From positions 60,388,001 to 60,452,000 of the forward strand of contig OX597816.1 in the NCBI GenBank assembly GCA_951406725.2: a DNA stretch of 64,000 nucleotides, written 5' to 3'. The translations under genes and the position numbers were made by a program. This DNA is from Octopus vulgaris. Its lineage: Eukaryota. The notes below the pieces were generated by a model. The model worked only from the letters and a program-made list of their open reading frames with translations. It ran no database searches and was not told the origin of the DNA. Below, piece by piece: positions 23,541-39,551 of the stretch (the first letter of the stretch is position 1; each line of letters begins with the position of its first letter).

Positions 23541-24060
23541 AAATACGAAAGCAAATTAGTTCAATACGCAAACAACGAGAGAAACAAATGGAAAACGGGA
23601 GAATTAACATAAAGAACGACCCTTCGTCAGTTGTCGGCTGTCTATCTACTCCTCATTTCGAGCATTGAACGACAATATGAGTTTTCGAAGACAGTTGCTC
23701 TCATACGCGCCAAAATAAAATTTGGGACTTATGGAGGGTCAAAGTTGGGAACAAAAACAGGACAGTGGAGACAAACAAGGAAGCCGAACGAAAACAAGCA
23801 TGGGGCGGGGTCGTTAGACAAGAACGTGGGTAAAAATAGCGAACTCTGGAGAAATAGTTTCTTTGACAAAAGAAAAGATATGAGAGAGAGATAGGATATG
23901 TGCTAACCGACAACTGATGAAGGGTTGTTCTTTGCGTTACTTCTGTTTTCCATTTGTTTCTCTCGTTGTTTGCATATTGAACTCATTTGCTTTCGTATAT
24001 ATATATACGAAAACAAATGAGTTCAATACGCAAACAACGAGAGAAACAAATGGGAAATAT
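23541..24060. repeat. Inverted plus direct duplicated repeat (A ... A' A)
   Basis: 23544-23637 is inverted at ~23907-23997 and partly repeated directly at 24006-24058. Confidence 0.85.
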
Positions 24061-24361
24061 ATATATACATACATACTTAGAAATAGATGCGTCGCTTTCA
24101 ATTAAATAATAAATTATATATATCGTTAACTATATTTGCCATCTAAATGTGGCTGACCCATATGGGACGATGCTACTGTAGATTATAGCAGGAGGAAGGA
24201 AAGCATCTCCTTCAGCTGGCTAACGACACACTGTCTGTGCCCGATCAGTATTTGCGAAGGGAAATAATCGTTCCCATCTCTAGCCTTACGTGATACACAT
24301 GGACCCGGTTTCTAGGTAGTAACCCGTCATCAGCGTGTGACAATCACCGGCTATGGATGAA

Positions 24362-24487
24362 AAGGCTTTGGACGGCCTGAGGAGGTTATAGTAGAAGACA
24401 CTTGCCCAAGATGCCATGCAATGGGACTGAACTCGGAACCATGTTGTTGGTAAGCAAGCTACCCACCACACAGCCACTCCTGCGCCT

Positions 24488-24488
<1 letters not shown>
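24362..24488 (-). mobile_element. SINE family A, head fragment
   Basis: GCAAGCTACCCACCACACAGCCACTCCTGCGCCT on the plus strand. Confidence 0.85.
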
Positions 24489-24526
<38 letters not shown>

Positions 24527-24652
24527 AAGCAATATCTCTGGAAATTTAAATCTACAACATGGATTGATTCATCTTCTCTTCGAAACTAATAAGTTTTTAA
24601 AAATCTGTGATAAGACTGTGCATCATCATTAAGGAACTTTGGAAAACTGTTT

Positions 24653-24752
24653 NNNNNNNNNNNNNNNNNNNNNNNNNNNNNNNNNNNNNNNNNNNNNNNN
24701 NNNNNNNNNNNNNNNNNNNNNNNNNNNNNNNNNNNNNNNNNNNNNNNNNNNN
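24653..24752. other. Assembly gap (100 N)
   Basis: Exactly 100 N, the usual placeholder for a gap of unknown size. CTGTTT occurs on both sides. Confidence 0.98.
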
Positions 24753-24964
24753 CTGTTTACAACCTATATCTGCCTCTAATGGAACTATCTCCAATATCTC
24801 ATGAGTATAACCTCACCCACTAAGATGTCTAGAGAATCAAATGTATTTTAGCTGATGAGTACGGGACACTTTTATCTGCTGCAATTTTTGCAACTTGTAA
24901 TAAAGCCTGTCTTTGTATGAAACAATTGTACTAAAAACCAATCCATTCTTGTTGCTTCTTTCTC

Positions 24965-26804
<1,840 letters not shown>

Positions 26805-26864
26805 TTATGCACATACATATATACTCTTTCTTTTTCTTCAAAAAAATTAAAGAATATACATATA

Positions 26865-27855
26865 TTATTTTATCAGTTTCAGTTGAGAGCACTGTTTTGC
26901 TACGCTGCTATTATTGAGAGCCTCCTCTGATATGTAGCATTTGGTGAATAAGGGAGTTTGATGTCGCTACCTTCATTTGCGTCTCCCGCCACGACGTAGG
27001 TTCATCTGGGACTCTCGACAGGAAGAGATCCAGTTTTGATTTGAAAATACCTACATCCAGTTTGTGTAAGTCCCTAGTTTCTTTGTGACAATATTAAAAA
27101 ATTGCGTGCTCCTAAAACCCAAGCTGTTGCAGTAACTAATCCTGAAGCGCGACGGCATTGTTGGGATCTTTCGCACTGTGCAGTGGCGACCCGTCCTGGC
27201 ATTTGTGTAGCTTTCAATGCCAAAATTTGGTACAATCTCTTCCAGGATCTTCCATATGTATATTATTGCATATCTCTCCCACCTTCACTCCAGGGAGTAG
27301 AGTCTTAACTGCTTCAGCTTTTTCCAGTACCTGAGCTGTTGCAATAAGACGATTTTTATGAAGCTTGGCTAGATTGCTTCAAGGTTCGCTGTTAATTTTA
27401 CACTGTGGAGTGGCCATAGCTGGGAGCAGTAGTCTAGACAGCTGAGGACGAATGTCCTCCAGAGGACCATCATGGTTTCCTTCTCTCTGGTTCTGAAGGT
27501 TCTCAGGATCCATCCATCCATCCGTCTGCACTTTGTCGCTATCTTGGTAATGTGCACTTGGAGAGGTATAATCACTCATGTCGATACCCAGGTCCCATAC
27601 TGATTTAGGTTTGGGGACTGTAATCTCCTGTGGGCCAGTATACCTTATAAGTTTTACGTTCAGTTTTGGACTCTGGTTGCGCAGGGCTTGGAATTTTCCA
27701 GTATTAAACTGCATATTATTGTCGTCAGCCCATCTGAAAATTGAGTTCAACTCCTGCTGCAAGAGTGTAACATCGCTAGGGTTGTGTATTTTCTGCAAGA
27801 CTTTCGTATCGTCTGAGTAGCAAGCAAGGGTGGCTATCCGAGCAGCTGAGGGCCA
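26865..27855 (-). mobile_element. 5'-truncated CR1-like LINE (same family as 19290-21157)
   Basis: YSDDTKVLQKI...LQQELNSIFRWADDNNMQFNTGKFQ...WDLGIDMS...WILRTFRTREKETM...LDYCSQLWP. Confidence 0.9.
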
Positions 27856-27890
27856 CTATACATACATACACACACACATATATATATACA

Positions 27891-27933
<43 letters not shown>

Positions 27934-27936
<3 letters not shown>

Positions 27937-29207
27937 GGTGGGGAAGCAAAATTTACAATGAACGTTAAGTTGTTTTTTCTCAGCAGGCACTGAGTCAATT
28001 GTTTTGAAACCTAGCATATATTGATGTCGTAATCATACCTAATACTATTATCATTACCTTTTCAGAAACTTCTGCCCATATGAGTAATCAGGAAAGCAAA
28101 TGTGAAAGAGTGCATGATTTGCTGAATGCACCCGTCACACCAAAGGAGATTTCAAGAATAGTTGGAGTGTCCATAAAGACTGTTTATAATGTAAATAATA
28201 TGAGCAAAACTATTATGAGGAGGTCTGGAAGTGGAGGAATCAACAAAAGCGTGCCAAAACTTTTATTAAAGCTCTCAAATCACAAATCCTAAAGGATCCA
28301 ACCAAATCCATGAGAAAAATGGCAATTGAACATGATGTAGTCACCAAGACCATTAGAAATGCAGTAAAATATGATTTGAGGTTAAAATCTTACACAAGAA
28401 CACCAAAACACTTGTTGACAACAGCTATGAAGGAAAAGAGGTTGGAAAGGTGCAAGAAAATTATTACATGGTTCAAGAAAAAGTCCTCCATTGTAACGAT
28501 CTTTTCAGATGAAAAGATCTTCAGTGTCGATGCTGTTCTGAACCGCAGAAATGACAGATTTATTGCAAAATCAACAGCTGAGGTTAAGAGGACATTCAAA
28601 ACAAAACATCCTGCTCAAGTTATGGCTTTTGGTGTTGTGGCTTCCGACAGAAAGAAAGTGCGTATAAAATTCTACAAAGCTGATGAAAAGGTCAATGTTA
28701 ATACTTACTACAAGACTCTGAGATACCAGGTATTGCCATGGCTTAAAGCAAACTACCCAGATGGTAATTATGTATGGACACAGGATGGTGCTCCAGCCAC
28801 ACAGCTAGAAAAATACAAGATTTGTGCAAATCCAACTTTAGCAATTTTTGGAATCATGTTTATGGCCGCCTTCTAGCCCAGATCTAAACCTTCTGGATTA
28901 TAATATTTGGGGTGTTTTAGAACATGCCACCAATAGAACATCACACAGTAATGTCGACTCTCTTAAAGACACTATTAAAGAAGAATGGGAGACTTTGTCT
29001 CCCGAATATTTGAGGAACACTTGCGCAAGTTTCAGGAAGCGTGTGAAGGCAGATATTGAGAAAGAAGGACACATAGAATAAAAACATTTTCTGTTATGTA
29101 AATTTTCTTGTGGCAAATAATTCTCATGACTTTCAATAAACTAATTGGTCATACAATGTCTTTCGATCCCTGCCTCAAAATATTGCAAATTTTGCTTCCC
29201 CACCCTG
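27934..29207 (+). mobile_element. Full-length maT (DD37D) Tc1/mariner transposon with a frameshifted transposase
   Basis: TIRs CAGGGTGGGGAAGCAAAATTT / AAATTTTGCTTCCCCACCCTG with TA flanks. ORF pieces 28080-29081 contain IFSDEK, QDGAPA(H) and WPPSSPDLNLLD. D2-D3 spacing is 37 after repairing two 1-nt deletions. Confidence 0.92.
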
Positions 29208-29262
29208 TATATATACTTAAGTATGTATGCACATACATACACATTTATACGTATTTACATAT

Positions 29263-29718
29263 ATTCTCTTATTCTTTTATTTGTTTCAGTCATTTGACTG
29301 TGGCCATACTGGAGCACCGCCTTTAGTCGAGCAAATCGACGGCAGGACCTATTCTTTGTAAGCCTATTACTAATTTTACTTATTCCATCGGTCGCTTTTG
29401 CCCAACCGTTAAGTTACAGGAACGTAAACACACCACCATCAGTTGTCAAGCGATGTTGGGGGAACAAACATAGACCCCCACACACACATACATACATACA
29501 TACATACATACATACATACATACATACATACATACATACATACATACATACATACATACGACGGGCTTCTTTCTGTTTCCGGCTACCAAATCCACTTACA
29601 AGGCTTTGGTCGAGGCTACAGTAGAAGACACTTTCCAAAGGTGCCACGAGGTGGGACTGAACCCGGAACCATGTGTTTGGTAAGCAGGCTACTTACAACA
29701 CAGCCACTCCTGCGCCTA
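29263..29718 (-). mobile_element. SINE family A with internal (TACA)n
   Basis: Consensus match to the other copies. Confidence 0.9.
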
Positions 29719-29777
29719 GGAGCTACTCCAGCGCCTATATATAGATATATGTAGTACTTATACATAGAAATATGTAT

Positions 29778-29829
<52 letters not shown>

Positions 29830-29869
29830 TCCTACGTATTTATACACACACATACTCACACACACATAC

Positions 29870-30009
<140 letters not shown>

Positions 30010-30019
30010 GCAAATGTGT

Positions 30020-30653
30020 GAACACAACCAGCACTCAAATTCGGAAATATATCGGGTGGGATGGAACTGTCTTCAAGCAGCGCCTATACAACCACGGGTC
30101 CTCTTTCAGGATTCCGAAAACACGATTCGTAACGTCCCTGGCAAGTCACGTGTGGCATCTTAAAAATAAAGGAATCCCTTATGATATTAAGTGGGCGCTG
30201 ATAGAGCGGCCGGGATCCAATATCAACAGAAGCGGGCGCTGCGAGCTTTGCATAACTAAGCGAGCAAGGATTCTCAAAGACTCCTGAAACGAGAATTATT
30301 AAATTCCCGACACGAGATTTAAAGCTCTTGCCCCCGTTTGATAGCTACCTGCTGCAAGCATGTAATTCAACATTCATCGATTATATCCAAAAATGTCCTA
30401 ATCGGGTAGAAGCAACCTAAGGGCGGAGTTCCCCGTCCGCCATTTTAGCCTATATGGACTTGCCAATTAAACTGGTCTAAAAGAGATAACCCGTTCTCGC
30501 CGACCCGCAAGGTTTATTCTTTGTTTACTAATTAACTGATTGTAACAGAATTCTACCTCCAAAGTTTGAAGAGGTATATGCCCTTCACCATTAGAATCTG
30601 ACGAATCGTCCATAAAAGCTTTATGGGTGCTTTATGACTGGACAAATACTTAA

Positions 30654-30657
<4 letters not shown>
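30020..30657 (+). mobile_element. 5'-truncated Penelope-like (Naiad) element: GIY-YIG C-terminal half + 3' UTR
   Basis: KYIG...FKQRLYNHGSSFR...TSLASHVWHLK...YDIKWALIE...RCELC...SSCP. Confidence 0.85.
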
Positions 30658-30695
<38 letters not shown>

Positions 30696-30819
30696 GTATG
30701 TGTATACGTATATACAAATATGCATATATATGTATACGTTGTTAGTGGGTCATTTCTCTGAATAAGAAACACATTCTAAAAAGTAGATCAGTATTGTATT
30801 TACATCCCGTTGAAGACGT

Positions 30820-31094
30820 ATGAGCGTTCAGCTTTTTCCGAACGACCTACACAAATGATTTGCTTAAAGTGATCAAATGGTTTTGCCGCATATTAGTTTA
30901 CTCCTCCATCAAATCGACGTTGTCTGAACAGGAGCACAGTGTACCACGCGTTAGGTGTCGAAGGGATCACAGAGCAAGTTGAAGTGAAGTGTTTTGCTCA
31001 AGAACAGAATATAACATCCCACCCGGTCTAGGAATTGAAATCACGATCGCTGAACGTGAGTGCAACTCCCTAACCACTAGCCCAAGTGCCTTCC
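30820..31094 (-). mobile_element. tRNA-derived SINE variant
   Basis: Minus head GAAGGCACTTGGGCTAGTGGTTAGG...TTCAATTCCTAGACCGGG...TTCTTGAGCAAAACACTTCA. Confidence 0.75.
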
Positions 31095-31151
31095 TCTTTG
31101 TATGTATGTATGTGTATATATATATATAAGGTTAATTATATATATATATAT

Positions 31152-31426
31152 TACTCTTTACTCTTTTACTTGTTTCAGTCATTTGACTGAGGCCATGCTG
31201 GAACACCGCCTTTAGTCGAGCAAATCGACCCAGGACTTATACTTTGTAAGCCTAGTACTTATTCTATCGGTCTGTTTTGCCGAACCGCTACGTTACGGGG
31301 ACGTAAACACACCAGCATCGGTTGTCAAGCGATGTTGGGGGGGACAAACACAGACACACAAACATACACACACATACATACATACATACATACATACATA
31401 CATACATACATACATACATACATACA

Positions 31427-31458
<32 letters not shown>

Positions 31459-31621
31459 CATATACATATATACGACAGGCTTCTTTCAGTTTACTAAATC
31501 CACTCATAAGGCTTTGGTCAGCTCGAGGCTATAGTAGAAGACACTTACCCAAGATGCCACACAGTGGGATTGAACTCGGAACCATGCGGTTCGTAAGCAA
31601 GCTACTTACCACACACCCACT
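31152..31621 (-). mobile_element. SINE family A
   Basis: Consensus match with a (TAAAAGAG)n tail. Confidence 0.9.
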
Positions 31622-31649
31622 ACTATATATATAAGATTTGTTTACGGGG

Positions 31650-32195
31650 AAACGAAACGTTTTGAATAAGCAAATAAAGCTCCTATTCTATTATGCCGGA
31701 CACAGTCTAATGATGCTGACTAGTGAACCAGTTTTCGGGGTTGCATTGAGCTGTACCGATATAATGTGGGATGAATATAGTAACAATAACAATAATCTTT
31801 GGATGGGATTTTAAAAAACTTTAACGCATCACTACGCGCGTTTCCCTAGATTACATGTCTCTTAAGATCACAGTCCGTATTTCTGGGATGATTGCAGTGT
31901 AGTCCGTAGTATCCGTGAACATTGAGTAGATCATCTTCGTGGATTCATTTCTTCAGACGATATAACATTAATGGATGTTTACCAGAGAGATGTTTATCCC
32001 TCTGACCATTGCGAAGGTTCGCCTGAAGAAATGAATCCATGAAGATCTATCCCGTGCCTACGTATACTACGGACTACACTGTAATCATCCTAAGAATACG
32101 GGCTGTGATCTTAAGAGACATGTGATTTGTGGAAACGCGCGCAGCGATGCATTAAATGTTTATAAATCCTATCCAAGGATTATTATTTCCATTAC
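31650..32195. repeat. Fold-back element with ~170-bp inverted arms
   Basis: ~31788-31958 and ~32020-32186 are imperfect reverse complements, e.g. CATGTCTCTTAAGATCACAG / CTGTGATCTTAAGAGACATG. Confidence 0.85.
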
Positions 32196-32240
<45 letters not shown>

Positions 32241-33407
32241 GCACACGTACACATTGTGAGATTATATAAGGTTTTAAAAGCAATTATGTAATCATGACGG
32301 TAATGTGCTGAAACGAGTGTATGTTCTATAAAGCATTTGGATACTATATCATTTATCTGTATTTTATAAAATTTAATAGCGGATGTAGAAGGACTGGAAA
32401 AAATTGTCTGTCTTATGTGTGTTTTGAGGAATGTTATTGGAGACAATTTTTTTGCTACGTTTGCAAAAGAAAGTTTGTTATTGTTTGGGTCCATTGAGAC
32501 ATTGATGTAAAAATTTATTTTAATAGTGGTTTATGGGTCAGATGTGTTATATTTAAGTCACCATTTGTGTTTTTGAAAGTTTATGACCAGTCAAAATTTT
32601 TTTGAGCTGCATGGCATTGTTTTTCTCTTGGGTTCATTAAAGAATGTTTATAGATAATACCTATTGGATTTCTGAAGGAAGCGTAGGACAGAGAGAGAGT
32701 TCAAAGTTTGTCATCGTCTTACGTTTTCTTTCAGGAAGTTTTCGGCTATATTTCTTCAAAATTCAGATTGGCAAAGGTTTCATTAAAAAATTTTTTTCTC
32801 ATTTTTACATATACTTTTGTGTTCTTTGAAGGCTTGCATATATGAATGTAGATGTATGCATGTTTGTAAGTACATAGGTATTCTCATATATGGCAATAAA
32901 TGCAAATAGTTAAAGCTTTTTTCACAGAGATATGAGTCTACAAGATGTATATATATAAATACGCCGATATGCGTGTGTGTGTGTGTGTGTGTGTGTATAC
33001 TTAAACATGTATACATATGCGTATATTTATATATAAATATGACTAAATATATACAGATACATATGCACATATATACGTATTTATACAGACATATGTATAT
33101 AAAAATATATAAACATGTATATTTACATACATGTATACATATGTATACACATACATATACATACATATATACAAATATATGCGCACATACATATATATAT
33201 AAATACATATATATATAGATATATATGCATATATATATATACATATACACACGTATATATAGACATATATATACACATCTATACACACACATATATATAT
33301 ACATGTATACATATATACACGTATATATATACATACAAGTATACATATATACACGTATATATATATATACATACATATATACATATATATAATATCTATA
33401 CAAACGC

Positions 33408-33451
<44 letters not shown>

Positions 33452-34242
33452 GTATATGCATACATGTTTATACATACGTTGAAATTGGGGTGTATAGGAT
33501 TAACGTGTTCATTGATGCACTTCTAGAAATATTCATAGTTGAACTTCACATTTAACTAGGTGCTATACGTAGTTCGACATGCTATTTGCTTTACGCATAC
33601 AAAAGATATACATATGTGTGGGTATATAACCGATACAGTTCTGGTTATAGATAAGCTAATAATTCATGCATATGCCCCCACCAATCTACGTATGAAACTC
33701 GTAAAATGGGTGTGTTGTGTTCAGACCTACAGTAAAAGGAAATCCCAGCTATACCCTTCAATTCCCCATATCCGACGACTGTTAATTCACCTTCCTACGA
33801 TTAGAAGGTCTCTTCAACACGAGACCGTACGGTAACATGAACTGGCTGTTAAAAGATTAAATTTATAATGCTGTATAATATATTCATACGAATATTTCTA
33901 TGTAAATTGGGTAAACTTTTGTACATCCCGTACATATTTCACGTGTGTGTGTGTCTACATACATAAACACACACACACACACACACACACACATAAACAC
34001 ACACGCGCACATATATATATATGTAGACCCCCCCCCCAATATATATATATAGATATAGATACATAAATCATAAAAAAATACAGGAGGATCCCCTGGATTC
34101 CAACTACATAAAACTCTGCGTTATACTCATCTGTATTGGATTATTACGTGGTATGATAGCCGGGTCCACTAAAGGAGCTTTCTGTGATAGCCTCATGATT
34201 CTATGAATCCATATATTGCTCTACAAATTTATATATATACAC

Positions 34243-34288
<46 letters not shown>

Positions 34289-34418
34289 TCATAAGTACGT
34301 ATGTATATGCACATATACGCACACATAAATACATACATATAGACATATATATACACACACGCACACAAACAAATATATACACTTGCGTATATACATATAC
34401 AACACATACACACAGGTA

Positions 34419-34474
<56 letters not shown>

Positions 34475-34615
34475 AGTACATATATAAATATATACGTATA
34501 CATGCACATATATACACATAGACGCATACACGCACACATATATATACACATAAACTTATGTATATATACATACATATAGATAGTTAGACAGACAGACAGA
34601 CAGACAAACATAGAC

Positions 34616-34690
<75 letters not shown>

Positions 34691-35254
34691 CACTAACACA
34701 TAGACATATTGTCGATATAGTTGTTTATACATACACACAAACATACATATATATTTGATGGTATGAAATTAACATGGCAATTATTGAATGTGCCCGAGCT
34801 GTGCCATTTTTACCTTGTTCCTGCAAGACGCATCACCAAACGTCGGTGCTAAATGGTTAACTAGAGGTTAATAATAGATTAGTTGTGGTGAGGAACCGAA
34901 TGGAATGGAAACATACTGAATAACGGCAGATCGATTAGAATTGCTGAAGACTTGATGGTGAAAGATGGAGACATACTCCACAAAAGGAAACAGAATATTC
35001 ATTGGGTTAAAGAGAGATTATATGGTCGCCTGATTTACTAGAAATAGCTGTCAAATCACTATGAAAGAACACTTAAGTGAGTTTACTCTTACATATATCA
35101 TCAAAGACAGGCATGGCAATGGCTTAAATGTCTTTGATCATATGTCTGCCCATTGAGGTTTGTCCTGGGGCTAAACTCCGAGAGACTGTATACACAAATG
35201 TATATATATGAGTGTGTAATTATGTGTATATGTGTGCGTTTGTGAGTGCGTGTG

Positions 35255-36866
<1,612 letters not shown>

Positions 36867-37284
36867 AAGCTAAATAGATGTGTATAAAAAAGACCGTGAG
36901 AGATATGGTGGTGCGAAGAAAGAGGGAAAACAGGTGAGAAAAGAAAGTAAAAGTAGAAGAGAAAAATAATTTAGGAATATTATGAAGAGAAAAGAGTTGA
37001 TGAAAGGGTAAGAGGAGAGAAATGAACGGAAAGGAGGTCGAAGTAAAGGTTGGAAGAGCAGAAAGAATTATAAGGCAGGACGAGGAGAAATAGTAACAAT
37101 AAAAGGAGATTAGGTGGGGGAGAAGAGGAAGAGAGGAAAGTGAGGGAGAGAAGAGGAAGACAATATCTCAGAAGACCAATTTCTCGATGTGCAGTAGCCT
37201 CTAAAATAGAGCATAAGGCCTAAGTTTACGTGTAAGTATATAATATAATACAATATATAATATAATATAATATTATATAATATA

Positions 37285-37335
<51 letters not shown>

Positions 37336-37674
37336 GCATCACAACAGACGCAAAGCAGATTCCTCAACTTCAAACAAGTGTCAGTCATCTCACTTCTAAT
37401 CCGATTATAAAACCGATTCTCTGGTAGCTACTATAATAGGAAAAAACAAGCTTAATTATATAGAACGTTCTTATGTTACAAATATATGAATGAACAAGGA
37501 AGTTTAAACGCTTTCATTATGTCATTGAAACCATTTCCTTCCAGGACATAAGACATTCAAAAGTTTATTATCATAATTCTTACCCTACATCATTCTTCTT
37601 TTGTGTCCTTCTACAGAAACGAATCAGTTGTACCTTTGTATGTGCGTGAATATATATGTATGTATGTATGTATG

Positions 37675-37737
<63 letters not shown>

Positions 37738-37745
37738 GTGTGTGT

Positions 37746-37790
<45 letters not shown>

Positions 37791-38119
37791 GTAGGTAGGT
37801 AGGTAGGTTGAGCTTGATAGGTAGTCTACAAAGAGACAACTTACTAAATTCAATCAGTATCTGACTTTCTCCTCTAACAAATATGGCCTCTCCTACTTAT
37901 TACAAACGTAATTGTTCAATGTAGATTTTAAAAGGTACGCGAAGAATTTTGATATCAGAAGCTATCTTTTTCAACTTTCTGGCTGTCGACATAAATTGTC
38001 CTTATCATGTATAGGTATACAGTAGAGAATCCAGGTTTGTATCTTGACCGACTAACGGCCAACAAATTTAGTGGCTTAGCTTGGTAGACTACCACTAAAA
38101 CACGATATACATACATACA

Positions 38120-38220
<101 letters not shown>

Positions 38221-38616
38221 TAAGAGATAAAGTAAATGGGACTCTCTCGGTTTCGACGATGATTATTGCAGGTGTTCGATCGACGGGACTAGCTACTCAT
38301 TAAATTATACTATAAAGGTCTGTGTATTTCATTGACATTTGTACCTTCAACGTAAATTGTCAGACAGAATCAGCGTAGCATAGTGTAACAAGCCTGGGTC
38401 TTTGAATAAGATGTAGTCCAGCCGACGAGCTTTTGTACAGTTTAACCGCTACCCAGGTTTCACTTCAGAAGACTTGAGGGAAAGAGGGAGGTGTGTGTGT
38501 GTGGGGAGATCAACTCAAGGGTATGGTGAAAAATATATCGTTCATTATGCCACACAGTGGGATCGAACTCCGGACCTCTTGTCTTGACTGTGAATCGAGC
38601 TTGTTCAAATCCCAAC

Positions 38617-38694
<78 letters not shown>

Positions 38695-38839
38695 TATATA
38701 CACACACATATATATATATATACACACACACATACACATATATATATATACACACACACACACATAAACATATATATATACACACACACACACACACATA
38801 AACATATATACATACACACATATATATAGACATGAATTT

Positions 38840-38875
<36 letters not shown>

Positions 38876-39485
38876 TCTGTATATCTAAATGGCCAAGAGA
38901 GGGAGGAAAAAAGCATGCAGCTTGTTTCTTACAAGCCGTAATGATGGTGATACCTGAATTTTATTTTGTTTATTCCTTAATAAAAATTATATTTGAAGGA
39001 GAACAAGAAGAGGTGACATACATTCGTGAAGTGAAACCAATCGAACGATCACCTGAGAATCGAAATCGGATCACTGGCTCGTTACGCCTTGATGGCATCC
39101 GCTAGAGGATGGTTCTTTAGTAGTAGTAGTAGTAGTAGTAGTAGTAATGGTGGTGGTAGTAAACAAGTTGTCTATTCTACATGAGGCCATTCATTATTTT
39201 TAAGGATGACTTAGTCCAGATTGCTGATCCGATACTGAATGAATCGTCGTCACTCCACTCTGGTAATCAAATAGTAATAGTAATGATGTCTTGCATCGGT
39301 CACAAGAAACGAAACCATCGCTGTTATTGACAATACAAGGACAAAAGACAAAATCAATGTGGTGGTGGTGGAGTTTACATCAAATAAAAAAAGCGTGGGA
39401 AATCGGTGACAAATAAGAAATAACAATACATAATAAAAACAATAAAAGAGAAAAGCAAGAAGGAATCCTTGAAATGGTGGGAAAG

Positions 39486-39486
<1 letters not shown>

Positions 39487-39542
<56 letters not shown>
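39487..39542. repeat. (AAT)18 microsatellite just inside the FAM155 intron
   Basis: Begins about 9 nt into the intron on the minus strand. Confidence 0.95.
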
Positions 39543-39543
<1 letters not shown>

Positions 39544-39551
39544 CAACTTAC

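Noticed and set aside
33670-33700. Candidate FAM155 exon 2 (minus-strand SYVDWWG)
   Set aside because: It lacks the conserved Cys after W and the downstream PC...C...CP motif.
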